In this document: positions 9,143-19,661 of the stretch, piece after piece
Layout of the letters: every line of letters begins with the position of its first letter
Numbering within the stretch: the stretch's first letter is position 1
Source of the DNA: Gemmatimonadales bacterium
GTDB lineage: Bacteria; Gemmatimonadota; Gemmatimonadetes; Gemmatimonadales; GWC2-71-9
DNA length: 64,000 bases
NCBI GenBank assembly: GCA_050184075.1
Contig: JBFXAS010000004.1
Span: 250 to 64,249, forward strand
Reading direction: 5' to 3'
The notes under the pieces: model-generated
Database searches by the model: none
What the model saw: only the letters and a program-made list of their open reading frames with translations
What the model was told of the DNA's origin: nothing
Position numbers and translations under genes: made by a program

Positions 9143-10558
9143 TCAGGACCGGCCGTCGGGCGGGTCGGCGCGGCGCCGGACGACCTCCCCGCCCGCCACC
9201 AGCGCCAGCCAGAGGCTGAGCGTGCCGAACCCGATCGCCATGATGCCGGGGATCACGAAGAAGAGCAGGCCGAGCAACGCCAGCACGATCGCGAGCGGGC
9301 CAAAGATCGCCAGCCGGGCGCTCGCCGCCAGGGTCCTGAGCGCGAGGACCGAGCCGCCCCGGCGCTCCCTGAGCCCCCGGCGGTGCGGTGGCGAGGCCGG
9401 CGCCCGCGGAATCTCGAGCGCCGGCGGCACGACCCGGCGGAGCGGCGGCGGGACCCGGCGGGGCCGGCGCATCACCTCGGCGCTCCGGTCCATGTCCCGG
9501 CGGAACTGCGCCTCCATTCGATCGGCGAGCTCGACCGAGTCGGCCAGGACGTCGAGCTCGTAGTTCCCGACCAGGCTCGAGTGATTGAGATTGCTCGAGC
9601 CCACCCGGACCCAGCGATTGTCGGCGACCACGGTCTTGGCGTGGAGCATCGGGCCCTGCCACTCGAAGATCCGGACGCCCGCCGCGAGCAGGTCGCGATA
9701 GCCGAACCGGGTGAGATTGCGGACCACCGGCAGGTCGCTCGAGCCGGGCACCAGGAGCCGTACGTCGACGCCTTCGCGCGCGGCGTCGATCAGATAGCGG
9801 TACAGGCGACGGGGAGCCACCAGATAGGCGTCGGTGATCCAGACCCGCTCAGCCGCCGTGGCGAGGAGCAGCTCGCTCACCCGGTAGGCCCGTTCCCGCG
9901 CCGGCTCGCCCACCAGCACCCGCACCGCCGCGTTGCCCCGGGACTCCACCGCGCCGACGCTCTCGCCGTCCTCGAGCTCGCCGCCCGATCGCCTCCAGGT
10001 GACACCGAAGGCCTGGTCGATCGCGGTGGCCGCGGGACCGTCGATGCGAACGGCGGTGTCGCGCCAGGGCAATCGCCCTCGCTCGGGGTCACCGGCCCAC
10101 TCGTCGCCGAGACAGAGACCGCCGATCACCGCCCTCGTGCCGTCGGCCACCAGGATCTTCCGATGGTTTCGACTCAACAGCGAGGGAACGTCGAACAGCC
10201 TCGGCCCATTGAAGATCCGCACCGCCACCCCGGCCTCGCGCAGCGCCGACCAGTAGGAGCGTCTCGTCGAGAAGGAGCCGAGCCAGTCGGTCGAGACCCG
10301 GACCGAGACGCCCGCTCGCGCCTTCTCGGCCAGGAGCGCGGAGAATTCGCGGCCGGTGCGATCGTCGCGAATGATGTAATTGTCGAGGTGGACCCAGCTG
10401 GTGGCCGCCGCGATCAGCTCGCGCATGGCGGCGAACACGTCCGGACCGTCGAACAGCAGCTCGACCCGATTGCCCGGGATCGACCGGGCGCCCGCCGCCC
10501 GGTCGAGCGCGCGGACCAGGGCGTCCTGCTCGAGCCGACCGGGGCGGAGAGCGGTCAC
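9143..10558 (-). CDS. Cardiolipin synthase-like phospholipase D
   Basis: Two HKD motifs (NHRKILVAD, LHAKTVVAD), WRDT, GSSNL. GTG start overlaps the HD gene stop. Confidence 0.9.
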   Translation of the reverse strand: MTALRPGRLEQDALVRALDRAAGARSIPGNRVELLFDGPDVFAAMRELIAAATSWVHLDNYIIRDDRTGREFSALLAEKARAGVSVRVSTDWLGSFSTRRSYWSALREAGVAVRIFNGPRLFDVPSLLSRNHRKILVADGTRAVIGGLCLGDEWAGDPERGRLPWRDTAVRIDGPAATAIDQAFGVTWRRSGGELEDGESVGAVESRGNAAVRVLVGEPARERAYRVSELLLATAAERVWITDAYLVAPRRLYRYLIDAAREGVDVRLLVPGSSDLPVVRNLTRFGYRDLLAAGVRIFEWQGPMLHAKTVVADNRWVRVGSSNLNHSSLVGNYELDVLADSVELADRMEAQFRRDMDRSAEVMRRPRRVPPPLRRVVPPALEIPRAPASPPHRRGLRERRGGSVLALRTLAASARLAIFGPLAIVLALLGLLFFVIPGIMAIGFGTLSLWLALVAGGEVVRRRADPPDGRS

Positions 10559-11133
10559 GCCCCCCCGAGCCCGAGCCGCACCTCGTGCGGCCTGAGCGCC
10601 TCGATCACGAAGCCGATGTGCTGGTCGAGATCCACGCCCAGCTCTGCCACGCCGAGGTAGACGTCCTCGCGGCTGACGCCGCGCGCGAACGCCTTGTCCT
10701 TGAGCTTCTTCTTGACGCTCTTGACCTCGAGGTCCGTGAGCGACCGGGACGGCCGCACCAGCGCACACGCCACCAGGAAGCCACAGAGCTCGTCGACCGC
10801 GAAGAGCGCCCGGGCCATCGGGGTCTCGCGCGGCACCCCGGTGTAGGCCGCATGTCCCAGGATGGCGCGCTGGGATTCCTCGTCGAGCCCCCGCTCGGCG
10901 AGGATCCGGACCCCCTCGCTCGGGTGCTCCGCCGTCGGCGATCGGGCTTCGTTCGGGAAACGCTCGTAGTCGAAGTCGTGGAGCAGGCCGACCACGCCCC
11001 AGTGATCCGGGTCGGCGCCCGCCTTCTCGGCCATCGCCCGCATCGCCAGCTCGACCGCGTACATGTGCCGGCGGAGCGCCTCCGACTCGGTGTACTCGTG
11101 CATCAGGGCGATCGCTTGGTCTCTGTTCAGCAT
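10555..11133 (-). CDS. HD-domain metal-dependent phosphohydrolase
   Basis: LRRH...GLLHDFDYE...HP...ILGH...AVDELCG...KKKLKDKAFA. Confidence 0.88.
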   Translation of the reverse strand: MLNRDQAIALMHEYTESEALRRHMYAVELAMRAMAEKAGADPDHWGVVGLLHDFDYERFPNEARSPTAEHPSEGVRILAERGLDEESQRAILGHAAYTGVPRETPMARALFAVDELCGFLVACALVRPSRSLTDLEVKSVKKKLKDKAFARGVSREDVYLGVAELGVDLDQHIGFVIEALRPHEVRLGLGGA

Positions 11134-11175
11134 GCGATGGTCCGTCCAGGGTGTGGCGGAAGGGCGCGCGCGGGC

Positions 11176-11589
11176 TCAGCCGTCGGCGTCGGGCTCGGAC
11201 TGCGGCACGAGCGACGCCGAGAGCGGCACGCGGAGCGTCTGCTCGCCCAGCGAGATCTCGAAGGCGTAGGGGCCGGCCCGTGGCAGCGGCACATCGAACA
11301 CCAGCACGGCGCCCGCCTCCACCTCGGTGACGCCGGCGGGTGGCTCCCCGAACTGCACCGTGCCGTCGCCGCCGATCAGCTCCTGGTCGCGATCGTCGAC
11401 GAAGCGGATCCGGATCCGATGCTCGCCGATCTCCGTGCGCCGGCCGCGCACCCGGAGCACCAGGTGGGTGCGGGGATGCACCGCCGGGAAGCTGGCGACC
11501 CAGACGTGCTGGAAGATGCCGAGCACGGACAGCTTGCCCTGTTGGTCGATCAGGGCGTAATCGGCGAGCACCGCGAAGTCGACTTGCAC
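11176..11589 (-). CDS. Hypothetical beta-sandwich protein (DUF6941-like)
   Basis: GTG overlaps the cyclophilin stop; LADYA..D..GKLSVLGIF...FP motif. Confidence 0.65.
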   Translation of the reverse strand: MQVDFAVLADYALIDQQGKLSVLGIFQHVWVASFPAVHPRTHLVLRVRGRRTEIGEHRIRIRFVDDRDQELIGGDGTVQFGEPPAGVTEVEAGAVLVFDVPLPRAGPYAFEISLGEQTLRVPLSASLVPQSEPDADG

Positions 11590-12035
11590 TAGGCCACGCG
11601 AATCGACTCGACCACGTCGTGCTGGCGAATCGCGTGGACGACGTCGAGCCCATCGGTCACCTGACCGAAGACGGTGTGCTTCCCGTCCAGGTGGCGTTGT
11701 GGGGAATGGCAGACGAAGAACTGGCTCCCGCCGGTGTCCTTGCCCGCGTGCGCCATCGACAGGCTGCCCTCGACGTGCTTGTGGGTGTTGAGATGGGTCT
11801 CGCATTTGATGGTGTAGCCGGGGCCGCCGGTCCCCACCCGCGGGCTGTTCGGGTCGCGGGAGAGCGGGTCGCCGCCCTGGATCATGAAGTTCGCGATCAC
11901 CCGGTGAAAGCGGGTGCCGTCGTAAAAACCCTCATTGGCGAGCTTCTCGAAGTTGGCGACCGTCTTGGGCACCTCCTCGTCGAACAGCTCCGCCACCATG
12001 GTGCCCTTCTCGGTCTTGATCGTCGCAGTCTTCAC
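11589..12035 (-). CDS. Peptidyl-prolyl cis-trans isomerase, cyclophilin type
   Basis: [47 protein letters not shown]. Confidence 0.95.
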   Translation of the reverse strand: MKTATIKTEKGTMVAELFDEEVPKTVANFEKLANEGFYDGTRFHRVIANFMIQGGDPLSRDPNSPRVGTGGPGYTIKCETHLNTHKHVEGSLSMAHAGKDTGGSQFFVCHSPQRHLDGKHTVFGQVTDGLDVVHAIRQHDVVESIRVA

Positions 12036-12157
12036 AGGTCTGATCCTGGTTGAATCGTCGAAAGGTACTGCTCCGAGCGAGTTGCCGGAACGATCGGCGG
12101 GCTCGGGTCACTCGGTCGGCTGGCCTGCGGGCTGGGCGGTCCTCATATTGGACCGCT

Positions 12158-12826
12158 ATGGACGACTTCGAGCGGAGCCGCCAGGACGCCATCCGCCTCC
12201 TCTGCGACGCGCACGCCCGGGAGGAGCTGAGCCTCGATCAGTTCGAATCGCGGCTCGAGCGGCTCAAGCAGGCGCCCAATCGGGCCACGGTCGACGCCAT
12301 CCTCGCTGATCTCGAGCCCTGGAACGACCCTCTCGCCCCACCGGCCGACCTGGTGCCCCACCGGACCGGGCAGATCCGGGCAGAGCACGCCGACCACGGT
12401 TCGCCCCCCGTCGCGCCGGCGGAATTCGTCCGGCTCACCAGCGTGTTCGCCAGCACCAAGCGCGCCGGCTCCTGGACCGTTCCGCTCGAGATCCAGGGAC
12501 TGGTGATCCTCGGCGAGCTGACGCTCGACCTCCGCGACGCCGTCTTCGGCTCCGACCTGGTCGACATCGACGTCAGCTGCACCCTGGGATCGTTTACCCT
12601 GATCGTCCCGGCCGGCACCCAGATCGAGAACGAGATCGAGGAGACCCTGTCCAGCTCGACCCACTCCACCCGCGCGAGCCGCGGCGTGGAGCCCAACGGC
12701 CTGCTCGTCCGATTGCGCGGACGGGCCTTGCTCGCGTCGGTGGAGATCAAGGAGAAGCTCCCGGCCGGCGCCAAGGGCGGAGCGTCGGGCTTCCTCCAGC
12801 GCCTCTTGGGCAAGCCCCCCGGCTAA
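12158..12826 (+). CDS. DUF1707 (SHOCT-like) plus LiaF-like C-terminal domain protein
   Basis: R..AI..L..A.....[10 protein letters not shown]...ILADL N-terminus; [10 protein letters not shown]...LIVP C-terminal domain. Confidence 0.75.
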   Translation: MDDFERSRQDAIRLLCDAHAREELSLDQFESRLERLKQAPNRATVDAILADLEPWNDPLAPPADLVPHRTGQIRAEHADHGSPPVAPAEFVRLTSVFASTKRAGSWTVPLEIQGLVILGELTLDLRDAVFGSDLVDIDVSCTLGSFTLIVPAGTQIENEIEETLSSSTHSTRASRGVEPNGLLVRLRGRALLASVEIKEKLPAGAKGGASGFLQRLLGKPPG

Positions 12827-13554
12827 CGGCGCCGGGCGCCCTTCTTGACGGGCTTCCCGCCCGCCGGGCGGGTCGTCGCCTGCCGAGCGGCCCCTCCCGG
12901 CAGCTCCGCCGACGGGCAGGCATCGTTGAGGACGCACTCGGCGCACCGCGGGCGCCGGGCGATGCAGACCTGCCGCCCATGGTAGATCAGCAGGTGCGAG
13001 ACGATCGTCCAGTCGCTCCGAGGCACGACCGCGGTCAGGTCCTGCTCGATCTTGACCGCGTCGGTTTCCCGGGTCAGGCCCAGGAGCCGGCTCAGCCGGG
13101 TGACATGGGTGTCCACCACGATCCCCTCGTCGATCCCGAAGGCGTTGCCGAGCACGACGTTGGCCGTCTTCCGCCCGACGCCCGGCAGGACCTTGAGCTC
13201 GTCCATGGTGCGGGGCACCACGCCCCCGTGCCGCTCCACCAGGGCCTGGGCCATGCCGAGCAGACTCCTGGTCTTGTTCCGGAAGAAGCCGGTCGAGCGG
13301 ATCATCTCCTCCAGCTCCGCCGGATCCGCATTGGCCAGGTCAGCCGGGGTCGGGAACCGGGCGAAGAGCGCCGGCGTCACCAGGTTGACCCGGACGTCGG
13401 TGCACTGGGCCGAGAGGATGGTTGCCACCAGCAGCTCGTAGGGGGTCCGGTGGTCGAGGGCGCACGTGGCGTCCGGGTACGCCCGCTTGAGCCGGGCGAG
13501 CACCAGGGCCGCGCGCTCGGCGCGACCGCGGAGCGCCGCGTTAGGCTTCGGCAC
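12823..13554 (-). CDS. nth: Endonuclease III
   Basis: [17 protein letters not shown], Hh[18 protein letters not shown], 4Fe-4S motif C-x6-C-x2-C-x5-C. Confidence 0.95.
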   Translation of the reverse strand: MPKPNAALRGRAERAALVLARLKRAYPDATCALDHRTPYELLVATILSAQCTDVRVNLVTPALFARFPTPADLANADPAELEEMIRSTGFFRNKTRSLLGMAQALVERHGGVVPRTMDELKVLPGVGRKTANVVLGNAFGIDEGIVVDTHVTRLSRLLGLTRETDAVKIEQDLTAVVPRSDWTIVSHLLIYHGRQVCIARRPRCAECVLNDACPSAELPGGAARQATTRPAGGKPVKKGARRR

Positions 13555-15271
13555 CGCGCCGCCTCCGCGCAAACGCCAGGAAGTCCTCCATCGACCGGGT
13601 GTTGAGCACGTCGCCCGGGCCGAGCCAGCCCTTCCGGGCGCTCCGCACGCCCTGCTCCATGTTGTCGAGCCCCGCTTCCGTGTGGGCGTCCGCCCCGATC
13701 GAGATCGCCACGCCCGCGTCCCGAGCCTGCCGAACGTGGCGCCAGTCGAGGTCGAGACGCTGCGGGTCGGCGTTGATCTCGATGGCCACGCCGAGCCGCG
13801 CGGCCCCCGCGAACACCCGGACGAGATCGAGGGGGAAGCCGTCCCGGGTGAGCAGCATCCGCCCGGTCAGATGGCCGAGGATGGTGACGTAGGGATTCTC
13901 CATGGCGCGGAGGATCCGCTCGGTCATCTCCTCCTCGCTCATCTGGAAGCGATTGTGGACCGACGCGATCACGAAATCGAACTCGGCCAGCAGCTCGTCC
14001 GGATAGCCGATCCGGCCGTCGGGCAGGATGTCGGCTTCGATGCCCTTGAGGACCTGGATGCCCTCGAGCAGGGTGTTGGTCGAATCGATCTCGGCCCACT
14101 GTCGCCGGATCTCCGCGCCGCTCACCCCGCCGACGAAGTCGATCGACCCGCTGTGGTCGGTCACGCCGACGTACTCGTACCCGGCCTTCCGGCAGGCCAG
14201 CGCCAGATCGCGGACCGAGAGGTTGCCGTCGGAGTACTCGGTGTGGCAGTGGAGCAGACCGCGCAGATCGCCTCGCTCGACGAGCGGGGGCAGCCCCTCC
14301 GCCGCCAGCTCGATCTCGCCGGTGCCCTCGCGCAGCTCCGGCGGAATCCACTCGAGTCCGAGCGCCTGGTAGACGGCCTCCTCCGTCGGCGCGGCGACGA
14401 AGCCGGATTCGGTCCAGAGCGCCGCGCCGCGAAACGCCATCCCCCGTTTGGCCGCCCAGGCGTCCAACCCGGCCAGGTGCGCGTCGCTCCCGGTCGCGTG
14501 AATCAGCACCGGTCCCAGGTTGGGCGGCGGCGTGATCACCACGCTGGCGCGCTCGCCGCTCGCGAAGCGCAGGGTCGCCCGCCGCTCGTCGAGCCCGCCG
14601 AACTCGTCCAGACCGGGCACCTGGGCCAGCGAGCGCAGCACCTCGCTCGGCGCGTCGGCCACCAGCACGATCACGATCTCCTGAACCAGCTCCATCGCCC
14701 GGCGCACCTCGCCCGCGACGATGGCCTCCCGCACCCCGGGCACCGCGGCCAGGGCGCCGCGGATCAGCTCGGCTTCCTCACGGGCGTGGTGCGAGAGCCG
14801 GTAGGTCGTGGCCCGCCGGAGCCGGGCCACGCCGCGGAGCACGTTCTCGGCGGTCCGCTGGCCGAAGCCCGGAAGGGCCGCCAGCCGGCCGTCGCGAGCG
14901 GCGGCCTCGAGGCCCGGCAGCGAATCGACCCCCAGCCGCTCATGGATCAGCTTGACCTTCGCCACGCCGAGCCCCGAGATGTCGAGCATCTCGACCAGGC
15001 CCGGGGGCGTCAGCTCACGGAGCTCGTCGAGGAGCTGCGAGCGGCCAGTCTCCACCAGATCGCGGATCACGTTCTGGATGGCCGGGCCGACCCCACGGGC
15101 CTGGTCCAGCGTCCCGTCCAGGAGCCAGGAAGCCGGATCCCCAGCCAACGCGGAGACCGTCCGGGCCCCGCTCCGGAACGCGCGGATCCGGAACGGGCTC
15201 TCCCCCTTGAGCTCGAGGTGCGAGGCGATCTGATCGAGCACCCGTGCCACGGTGCTCCGGTCGGCGGCCAT
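13541..15271 (-). CDS. polX: DNA polymerase X / PHP-domain 3'-5' exonuclease (polymerase site appears degenerate)
   Basis: [14 protein letters not shown], HhH repeats, [13 protein letters not shown]; PHP motifs [26 protein letters not shown]. Confidence 0.92.
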   Translation of the reverse strand: MAADRSTVARVLDQIASHLELKGESPFRIRAFRSGARTVSALAGDPASWLLDGTLDQARGVGPAIQNVIRDLVETGRSQLLDELRELTPPGLVEMLDISGLGVAKVKLIHERLGVDSLPGLEAAARDGRLAALPGFGQRTAENVLRGVARLRRATTYRLSHHAREEAELIRGALAAVPGVREAIVAGEVRRAMELVQEIVIVLVADAPSEVLRSLAQVPGLDEFGGLDERRATLRFASGERASVVITPPPNLGPVLIHATGSDAHLAGLDAWAAKRGMAFRGAALWTESGFVAAPTEEAVYQALGLEWIPPELREGTGEIELAAEGLPPLVERGDLRGLLHCHTEYSDGNLSVRDLALACRKAGYEYVGVTDHSGSIDFVGGVSGAEIRRQWAEIDSTNTLLEGIQVLKGIEADILPDGRIGYPDELLAEFDFVIASVHNRFQMSEEEMTERILRAMENPYVTILGHLTGRMLLTRDGFPLDLVRVFAGAARLGVAIEINADPQRLDLDWRHVRQARDAGVAISIGADAHTEAGLDNMEQGVRSARKGWLGPGDVLNTRSMEDFLAFARRRRGAEA

Positions 15272-15368
15272 AGGGATCCGGACGGTGGTGATGGGATGTC
15301 GGTGAATAATACTCGCGCCCGAGAGCGGGGAGCGACCGGCGGGGTCCTCGACCGTCGAGATGAGTCCC

Positions 15369-15458
15369 CCGTCGGCTGCGCTGGGACCAGAACGTCTTCC
15401 GTGCCGATTCCGACCGGATCGGGCGCGTCGATCGGCGAAGGGTCCAGGCGGCCGACGG
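15369..15458 (+). ncRNA. Candidate structured RNA: long imperfect hairpin in a 200-nt intergenic gap
   Basis: Hand-paired stems: ccgtcggctgc/gcggccgacgg, ctgg/ccag, acc/ggt, cttc/gaag, gccgat/atcggc, tccga/tcggg. G-U pairs favour the plus strand. Confidence 0.3.
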
Positions 15459-15473
15459 CCGGGGCGCCCGGCG

Positions 15474-16154
15474 TTAGGCAACCACCAGCCGGCCGTCGGG
15501 GCCCGGGCCGGCGTCGCCCAGCCACGCCTCCACCCGAAAGGCCAGCTCGAGCAACTCCTCGGCGCCCTGGAGCGACCAGAGCCCCGCTTCCCGACCGCCC
15601 GCGACCGTGGGCGAGAACACGGCGGAGCCGTCGGCTCGGCCGAGCCGGCCCGGCCGCGGCCCGCTCACCTGAGCCGCAGTGAGGCCCGGCCGGTTAGGAT
15701 GGAGGCCGAACACCGCCAGGAGCTCGATGCCCGCCCCGGCGCGGCGCGCGTACCAGCCGTCGAGCGGCTCGGGCGGCGCGCCGACCACCGGCTCGGCCCA
15801 GACCCGTCGCGCCGGCAAGGCGACGTAGCGCGTCCTGCCGGGGCCGACAGGGAGAACGGGCGCCTCCGAAGTCACCACTCGATCGAGCGAATCCCGGTCG
15901 AGGGCGACCGCCGCGCCGCCGTCCCGCCAATGCAGGAACGCGGCGTGGACGAACGACACCAGCTCATCGACCCCCTCGCCCACCCCCTCGTCGGGCCTCA
16001 AGTCGCGGAGCAGCTCCACCACCGCGCGGTCGAGCACGAACGCGTCGCGCGCGAACGCGTCGATCCCCGCCCCGGCCAGGCTTGCACGGAGCGCGGGGAA
16101 GCGCTCCTCGGCCAGGGCGCCGAGCACCAGCTCGGTCGGCGTCCGGACGGTCAC
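15474..16154 (-). CDS. Hypothetical protein
   Basis: GTG overlaps the hydrolase stop; globular-looking 226 aa. Confidence 0.7.
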   Translation of the reverse strand: MTVRTPTELVLGALAEERFPALRASLAGAGIDAFARDAFVLDRAVVELLRDLRPDEGVGEGVDELVSFVHAAFLHWRDGGAAVALDRDSLDRVVTSEAPVLPVGPGRTRYVALPARRVWAEPVVGAPPEPLDGWYARRAGAGIELLAVFGLHPNRPGLTAAQVSGPRPGRLGRADGSAVFSPTVAGGREAGLWSLQGAEELLELAFRVEAWLGDAGPGPDGRLVVA

Positions 16155-16993
16155 GGCTCCTGCCGCGGCAGAAAGGGATCGAGCGCCGCGACGAAGGCCG
16201 CCGGCTGCTCGACGAAGGGCACGTGCCCGCACTCGGCCACCCGCACCAGCGGCGCCCCGAGCAGGCCGGCCGTGACCTCGGCCGTCTCGATCGGGATCGG
16301 ATCGTCTTCCCCGTGGACCACGAGCGCGGGCAGCTCCAGGCGCCGCAATCGCGGCCGCAGGTCGTAGTCGCCCAGGCTCTCCCAGACCGCGGATTGAGTC
16401 CGGCCGGTGATCCGAAACGGGGTCAGGTCACAGACCCGGGACCAGTCGTGGAAATACCCCGCGACCGCCAGCTCGAAGGTGCGCCGCTGATACCCGGCAG
16501 GGTCCCGCTCTTTGAGCCCGCTCTCCTGCAGCTCGCGCCGCGCCGCGGCGATGTCGCCCCGCCGGCTCCGCTCGGCGAATCGGGCCTCGAACTCCTCCCG
16601 TCCCGCCCGCCAGGCGGGCGCGGGCGACACCAGCGCCAGCCGCGCCACTCGCCCCGGATGCTCGGTCGCATAGAGCATCGCGAGCAACCCGCCCCACGAA
16701 TACCCCGCGAGATCGAGTCGCTCCAGGCCCCAGAGCGCACGGAGCGCCTCGAGGTCCTCCACCTGCTCCCGCCAGCCGACGTCCACTTCCCGCATAACGG
16801 GCGAGCGGCCCCCGCCGCGCTGGTCGTAGTAGATCAACTCCCGACCGGTCGCCAGGAGATCGAAGCCGGGCAGGAGGTAATCGTGGTGAGCACCCGGCCC
16901 GCCGTGCAACACGACGGTCGGCGGCCCCGCTCCCACCCGGCGCTCGAACAGCTCGACGCCCCGAACCCTCCTCGTCGCGGTGCGCTCAGCCAT
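16151..16993 (-). CDS. Alpha/beta hydrolase (proline iminopeptidase-like)
   Basis: LHGGPG, YDQRGGGRS, nucleophile GYSWG, GEDD, GHVP. Confidence 0.9.
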   Translation of the reverse strand: MAERTATRRVRGVELFERRVGAGPPTVVLHGGPGAHHDYLLPGFDLLATGRELIYYDQRGGGRSPVMREVDVGWREQVEDLEALRALWGLERLDLAGYSWGGLLAMLYATEHPGRVARLALVSPAPAWRAGREEFEARFAERSRRGDIAAARRELQESGLKERDPAGYQRRTFELAVAGYFHDWSRVCDLTPFRITGRTQSAVWESLGDYDLRPRLRRLELPALVVHGEDDPIPIETAEVTAGLLGAPLVRVAECGHVPFVEQPAAFVAALDPFLPRQEP

Positions 16994-17885
16994 GTCGGGC
17001 CACCAGCTCGCGCACCGTGTTGCCGTGGATCGTCACCAGATCGGAGAGGTCGTCGGCATAGCCTCCACCCAACACCACCGCCAGCGGCAGCCCCTTCGCC
17101 GCGCAGGCGGTGATCACCTTGCGATCGCGGGCGCGGAGACCCTCCACGCTGAGACCGAGCCGGCCGAGCCGGTCGCCGCGAAAGGGGTCGGCCCCGGCGA
17201 TGTAGAAGACCAGATCGGGACGAGCCTCCGCCAGCACGTCGTCCAGATGCGCGTCGACCAGCGTGAGATAGGTGGCGTCGTCCGTCCCGTCCTCGAGCGC
17301 GACGTCGAGCTGGCTCCGCTCCTTTCGAAAGGGATAGTTGCGGAGCCCGTGCATCGAGAAGGTGAAGACGTCAGGGTCGCCGGCGAAGATCCGCGCCGTG
17401 CCGTTGCCCTGATGGACGTCGAGGTCGACGACGGCGACGCGCTCGATCCGGCCGGCCCGCTGCAGCCCGCGGATCGCGACCGCGATGTCGTTGAAGACGC
17501 AGTAGCCCTCGCCGTGGTCGCGAAAGGCGTGGTGGGTGCCGCCCGCCAGGTTGAGGCCGGCGCCGCGCTGGAGGGCGTCGTTGGCCGCCTCGACCGTGCC
17601 CTGGACGGTCCGGAGCGAGCGCTCCGGCACCTCGGGACGCCAGGGAAAGCCGAGCCGCCGCTCGGCCGCAGGCTCGAGGGCGCCGTCGAGCACGGCTCCG
17701 ACGTAGGCCGACGAGTGGACCAGCGTCAGCCAGTCGATCGGCACCCGGTCGGGCTCGTCGATCGCGCCGTCGGCCAGGAGGCCAGCGGCCAGCACGCCGT
17801 CGCGCACCAGCCGGTACTTCCCCATCGGAAAGCGATGCCCTTCGGGAAGAGGGATCGACCACCGCGCCGACGACCAGGCCCGCAC
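16986..17885 (-). CDS. Histone deacetylase family protein
   Basis: HRFPMGKY, GGTHHA, GYCVFND, DLDVHQGNGT, GADP, GGGY. Confidence 0.93.
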   Translation of the reverse strand: MRAWSSARWSIPLPEGHRFPMGKYRLVRDGVLAAGLLADGAIDEPDRVPIDWLTLVHSSAYVGAVLDGALEPAAERRLGFPWRPEVPERSLRTVQGTVEAANDALQRGAGLNLAGGTHHAFRDHGEGYCVFNDIAVAIRGLQRAGRIERVAVVDLDVHQGNGTARIFAGDPDVFTFSMHGLRNYPFRKERSQLDVALEDGTDDATYLTLVDAHLDDVLAEARPDLVFYIAGADPFRGDRLGRLGLSVEGLRARDRKVITACAAKGLPLAVVLGGGYADDLSDLVTIHGNTVRELVARHG

Positions 17886-17901
17886 CGAGACGCCCTGCTC
17901 C

Positions 17902-18357
17902 CTACAACAGCACGGCGAGCGCGTCCGCCACCTTGCGCGTCTCGGCCTCTTCCTCGGGCGTGAACGGATCCGACAGGTCGCTGTCGACGTCGATCTGTCC
18001 GAGGATCAGCTCGCCGCGTCGGATCAGCACCACCAGCTCGGAGCGGGTGTCGAGGTTGCAGGCGATGTAGTTGTCGATCGCGCGCACGTCGGGCACGTTT
18101 TGGTCGGCGCCCATCGCCACCGCGCTGCCGCAGACGCCCTTCCCGACCGGGATCCGGGTATGCTCGGTCTCCCGGCCAGCGAACGCCTCCAGCACCAGCT
18201 CGGCGCCGTGCAGCATGTAGAGGTAGACCGAGGTATAGGGCGGACCCACCGCCTGGATCCGCTCTGCCGCGAGCGAGAGCAGGCCCGCTCGATCCAGATC
18301 GCGGGCGAACCCGCCGCGCAGCGCGGCGACGATCCGGTCTCCGTCGAGCACCGGCAT
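17902..18357 (-). CDS. GAF-domain protein, free Met-R-sulfoxide reductase (MsrC)-like
   Basis: IPVGKGVCG, YIAC...RSELVV, GQIDVDS. Confidence 0.8.
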   Translation of the reverse strand: MPVLDGDRIVAALRGGFARDLDRAGLLSLAAERIQAVGPPYTSVYLYMLHGAELVLEAFAGRETEHTRIPVGKGVCGSAVAMGADQNVPDVRAIDNYIACNLDTRSELVVLIRRGELILGQIDVDSDLSDPFTPEEEAETRKVADALAVLL

Positions 18358-19661
18358 CAGGAGCCCCGGCTGCCGAGCACGACGACCGCCGAGTCTGTGG
18401 CGGCGCCACGGCGGAACACCACGGTCACCGTGTCGCCTGGACGATGGGCCCTCAGCGCGTTGGTCATGCCCTGCAGATCCGGCACCTCGTGCTCGCCGAT
18501 CCTGAGCAGGACGTCGCCCTCCTTGAGACCCGCCTGGTCTGCGGGGCTCGAGGGCCGCACCCCGCTCAGCCGAACGCCGGGCCCGCCGCCGCTCATGTCG
18601 GGAATCGAGCCGAGGTAGGCCCCATAGCCCCCGGTCCGGGCCGGCGCCGCGGCTTGCGCGGGCGGCGGATGGTCGACGAAAGTGAGCGGCGCCCGCCGGT
18701 CGGCCAACGCGCGCGTCAGCGACGACGCGAAGCTCGCGACCCGGGCCAGCCCCTCCACGTTGATCCGCTCCGCATCATCGCTCGGCCGGTGATAGTCCTC
18801 GTGCAGGTCGGTGAAGAGATGGATCACCGGCTTCTTGGCAAGATAGAACGATTGCTGGTCGCTCCGGCCGTAACCGTCGCCCGATGCCTGGAGGTCGAAG
18901 CCGGCGACCTGGTTGAGCGAGTCGAGCAGCGCGGGCAGCTCGGTGGCCGTCTCGCTCCCGAAGGCGAGCAGGCGCTCGTTTCGGAGCCGTCCCACCATGT
19001 CGAGATTGACCATCGCGACGGTGCGATCGAGCGGCACGGCCGGCGCCTTCACGTAGGCATCCGAGCCGATCAAGCCGAATTCCTCCCCGGCGAACGAGAC
19101 CAGCAACACCGACCGCCGGGGCGGCTTCGCCGCGAGCTCCCGTGCGATCGCGATCAGCGCGACGGCACCCGACGCGTTGTCGTCGGCGCCGTTGTGCACC
19201 TGACCGAGCTGTTCGGGGCCGCGAATCCCGGTGTATCCGAAGCCGAGGTGGTCGTAGTGGGCGCCCACGATCACGTATTCGTCCCGGAGCGCCGGATCGG
19301 AGCCCCGCACCAGCGCGACGACGTTGGCGCCGGAGCTCGGGCGATGCGCCTCGGCGATGCCGGCGACCGCCGGAGCCCGCGGGTCGATGCTGAACGGCTG
19401 GAGCCAGCCCGGCACACCCGGAGTGGCGCCGACCTCGGCGAAGCGGCGCGCCAGATAGTTGGCCACCGCGGTCGCTTCGGGCGTCCCGGTGAAGCGGCCC
19501 TTCATCGAGTCGGCGGCCAGCACCGCGAGATCGCGCTCGAGCTCGGCGACCGCGCCGCGGACCGGCGTCCCACCGCGCTGACACGCGGCGACGCTCGCGA
19601 CGGAGACCGCGAGGGTGAAGAACGACAGGAGCGATCGATGCGTCACGTCTAGCCTTGCCAT
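18357..19661 (-). CDS. M28 family peptidase lipoprotein with C-terminal PDZ domain
   Basis: VAAC lipobox; GAHYDH, GADDNASG, GEE, NLDM, YH; YLGSIPD...SPADQAGLKEGD. Confidence 0.9.
   Translation of the reverse strand: MARLDVTHRSLLSFFTLAVSVASVAACQRGGTPVRGAVAELERDLAVLAADSMKGRFTGTPEATAVANYLARRFAEVGATPGVPGWLQPFSIDPRAPAVAGIAEAHRPSSGANVVALVRGSDPALRDEYVIVGAHYDHLGFGYTGIRGPEQLGQVHNGADDNASGAVALIAIARELAAKPPRRSVLLVSFAGEEFGLIGSDAYVKAPAVPLDRTVAMVNLDMVGRLRNERLLAFGSETATELPALLDSLNQVAGFDLQASGDGYGRSDQQSFYLAKKPVIHLFTDLHEDYHRPSDDAERINVEGLARVASFASSLTRALADRRAPLTFVDHPPPAQAAAPARTGGYGAYLGSIPDMSGGGPGVRLSGVRPSSPADQAGLKEGDVLLRIGEHEVPDLQGMTNALRAHRPGDTVTVVFRRGAATDSAVVVLGSRGS

Noticed and set aside
9143-11653. 836-aa ORF suggesting a long N-terminal extension of cardiolipin synthase
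   Set aside because: The first ~365 aa are Arg/Gly/Ala-rich off-frame read-through of the HD and DUF6941-like genes. The real start is GTG 10558.
15311-15458. tRNA, SRP RNA or 6S RNA identity for the intergenic hairpins
   Set aside because: No T-loop or cloverleaf, no SRP GGAA-tetraloop domain IV motif, and no clear 6S central bubble. Kept only as an unassigned candidate.
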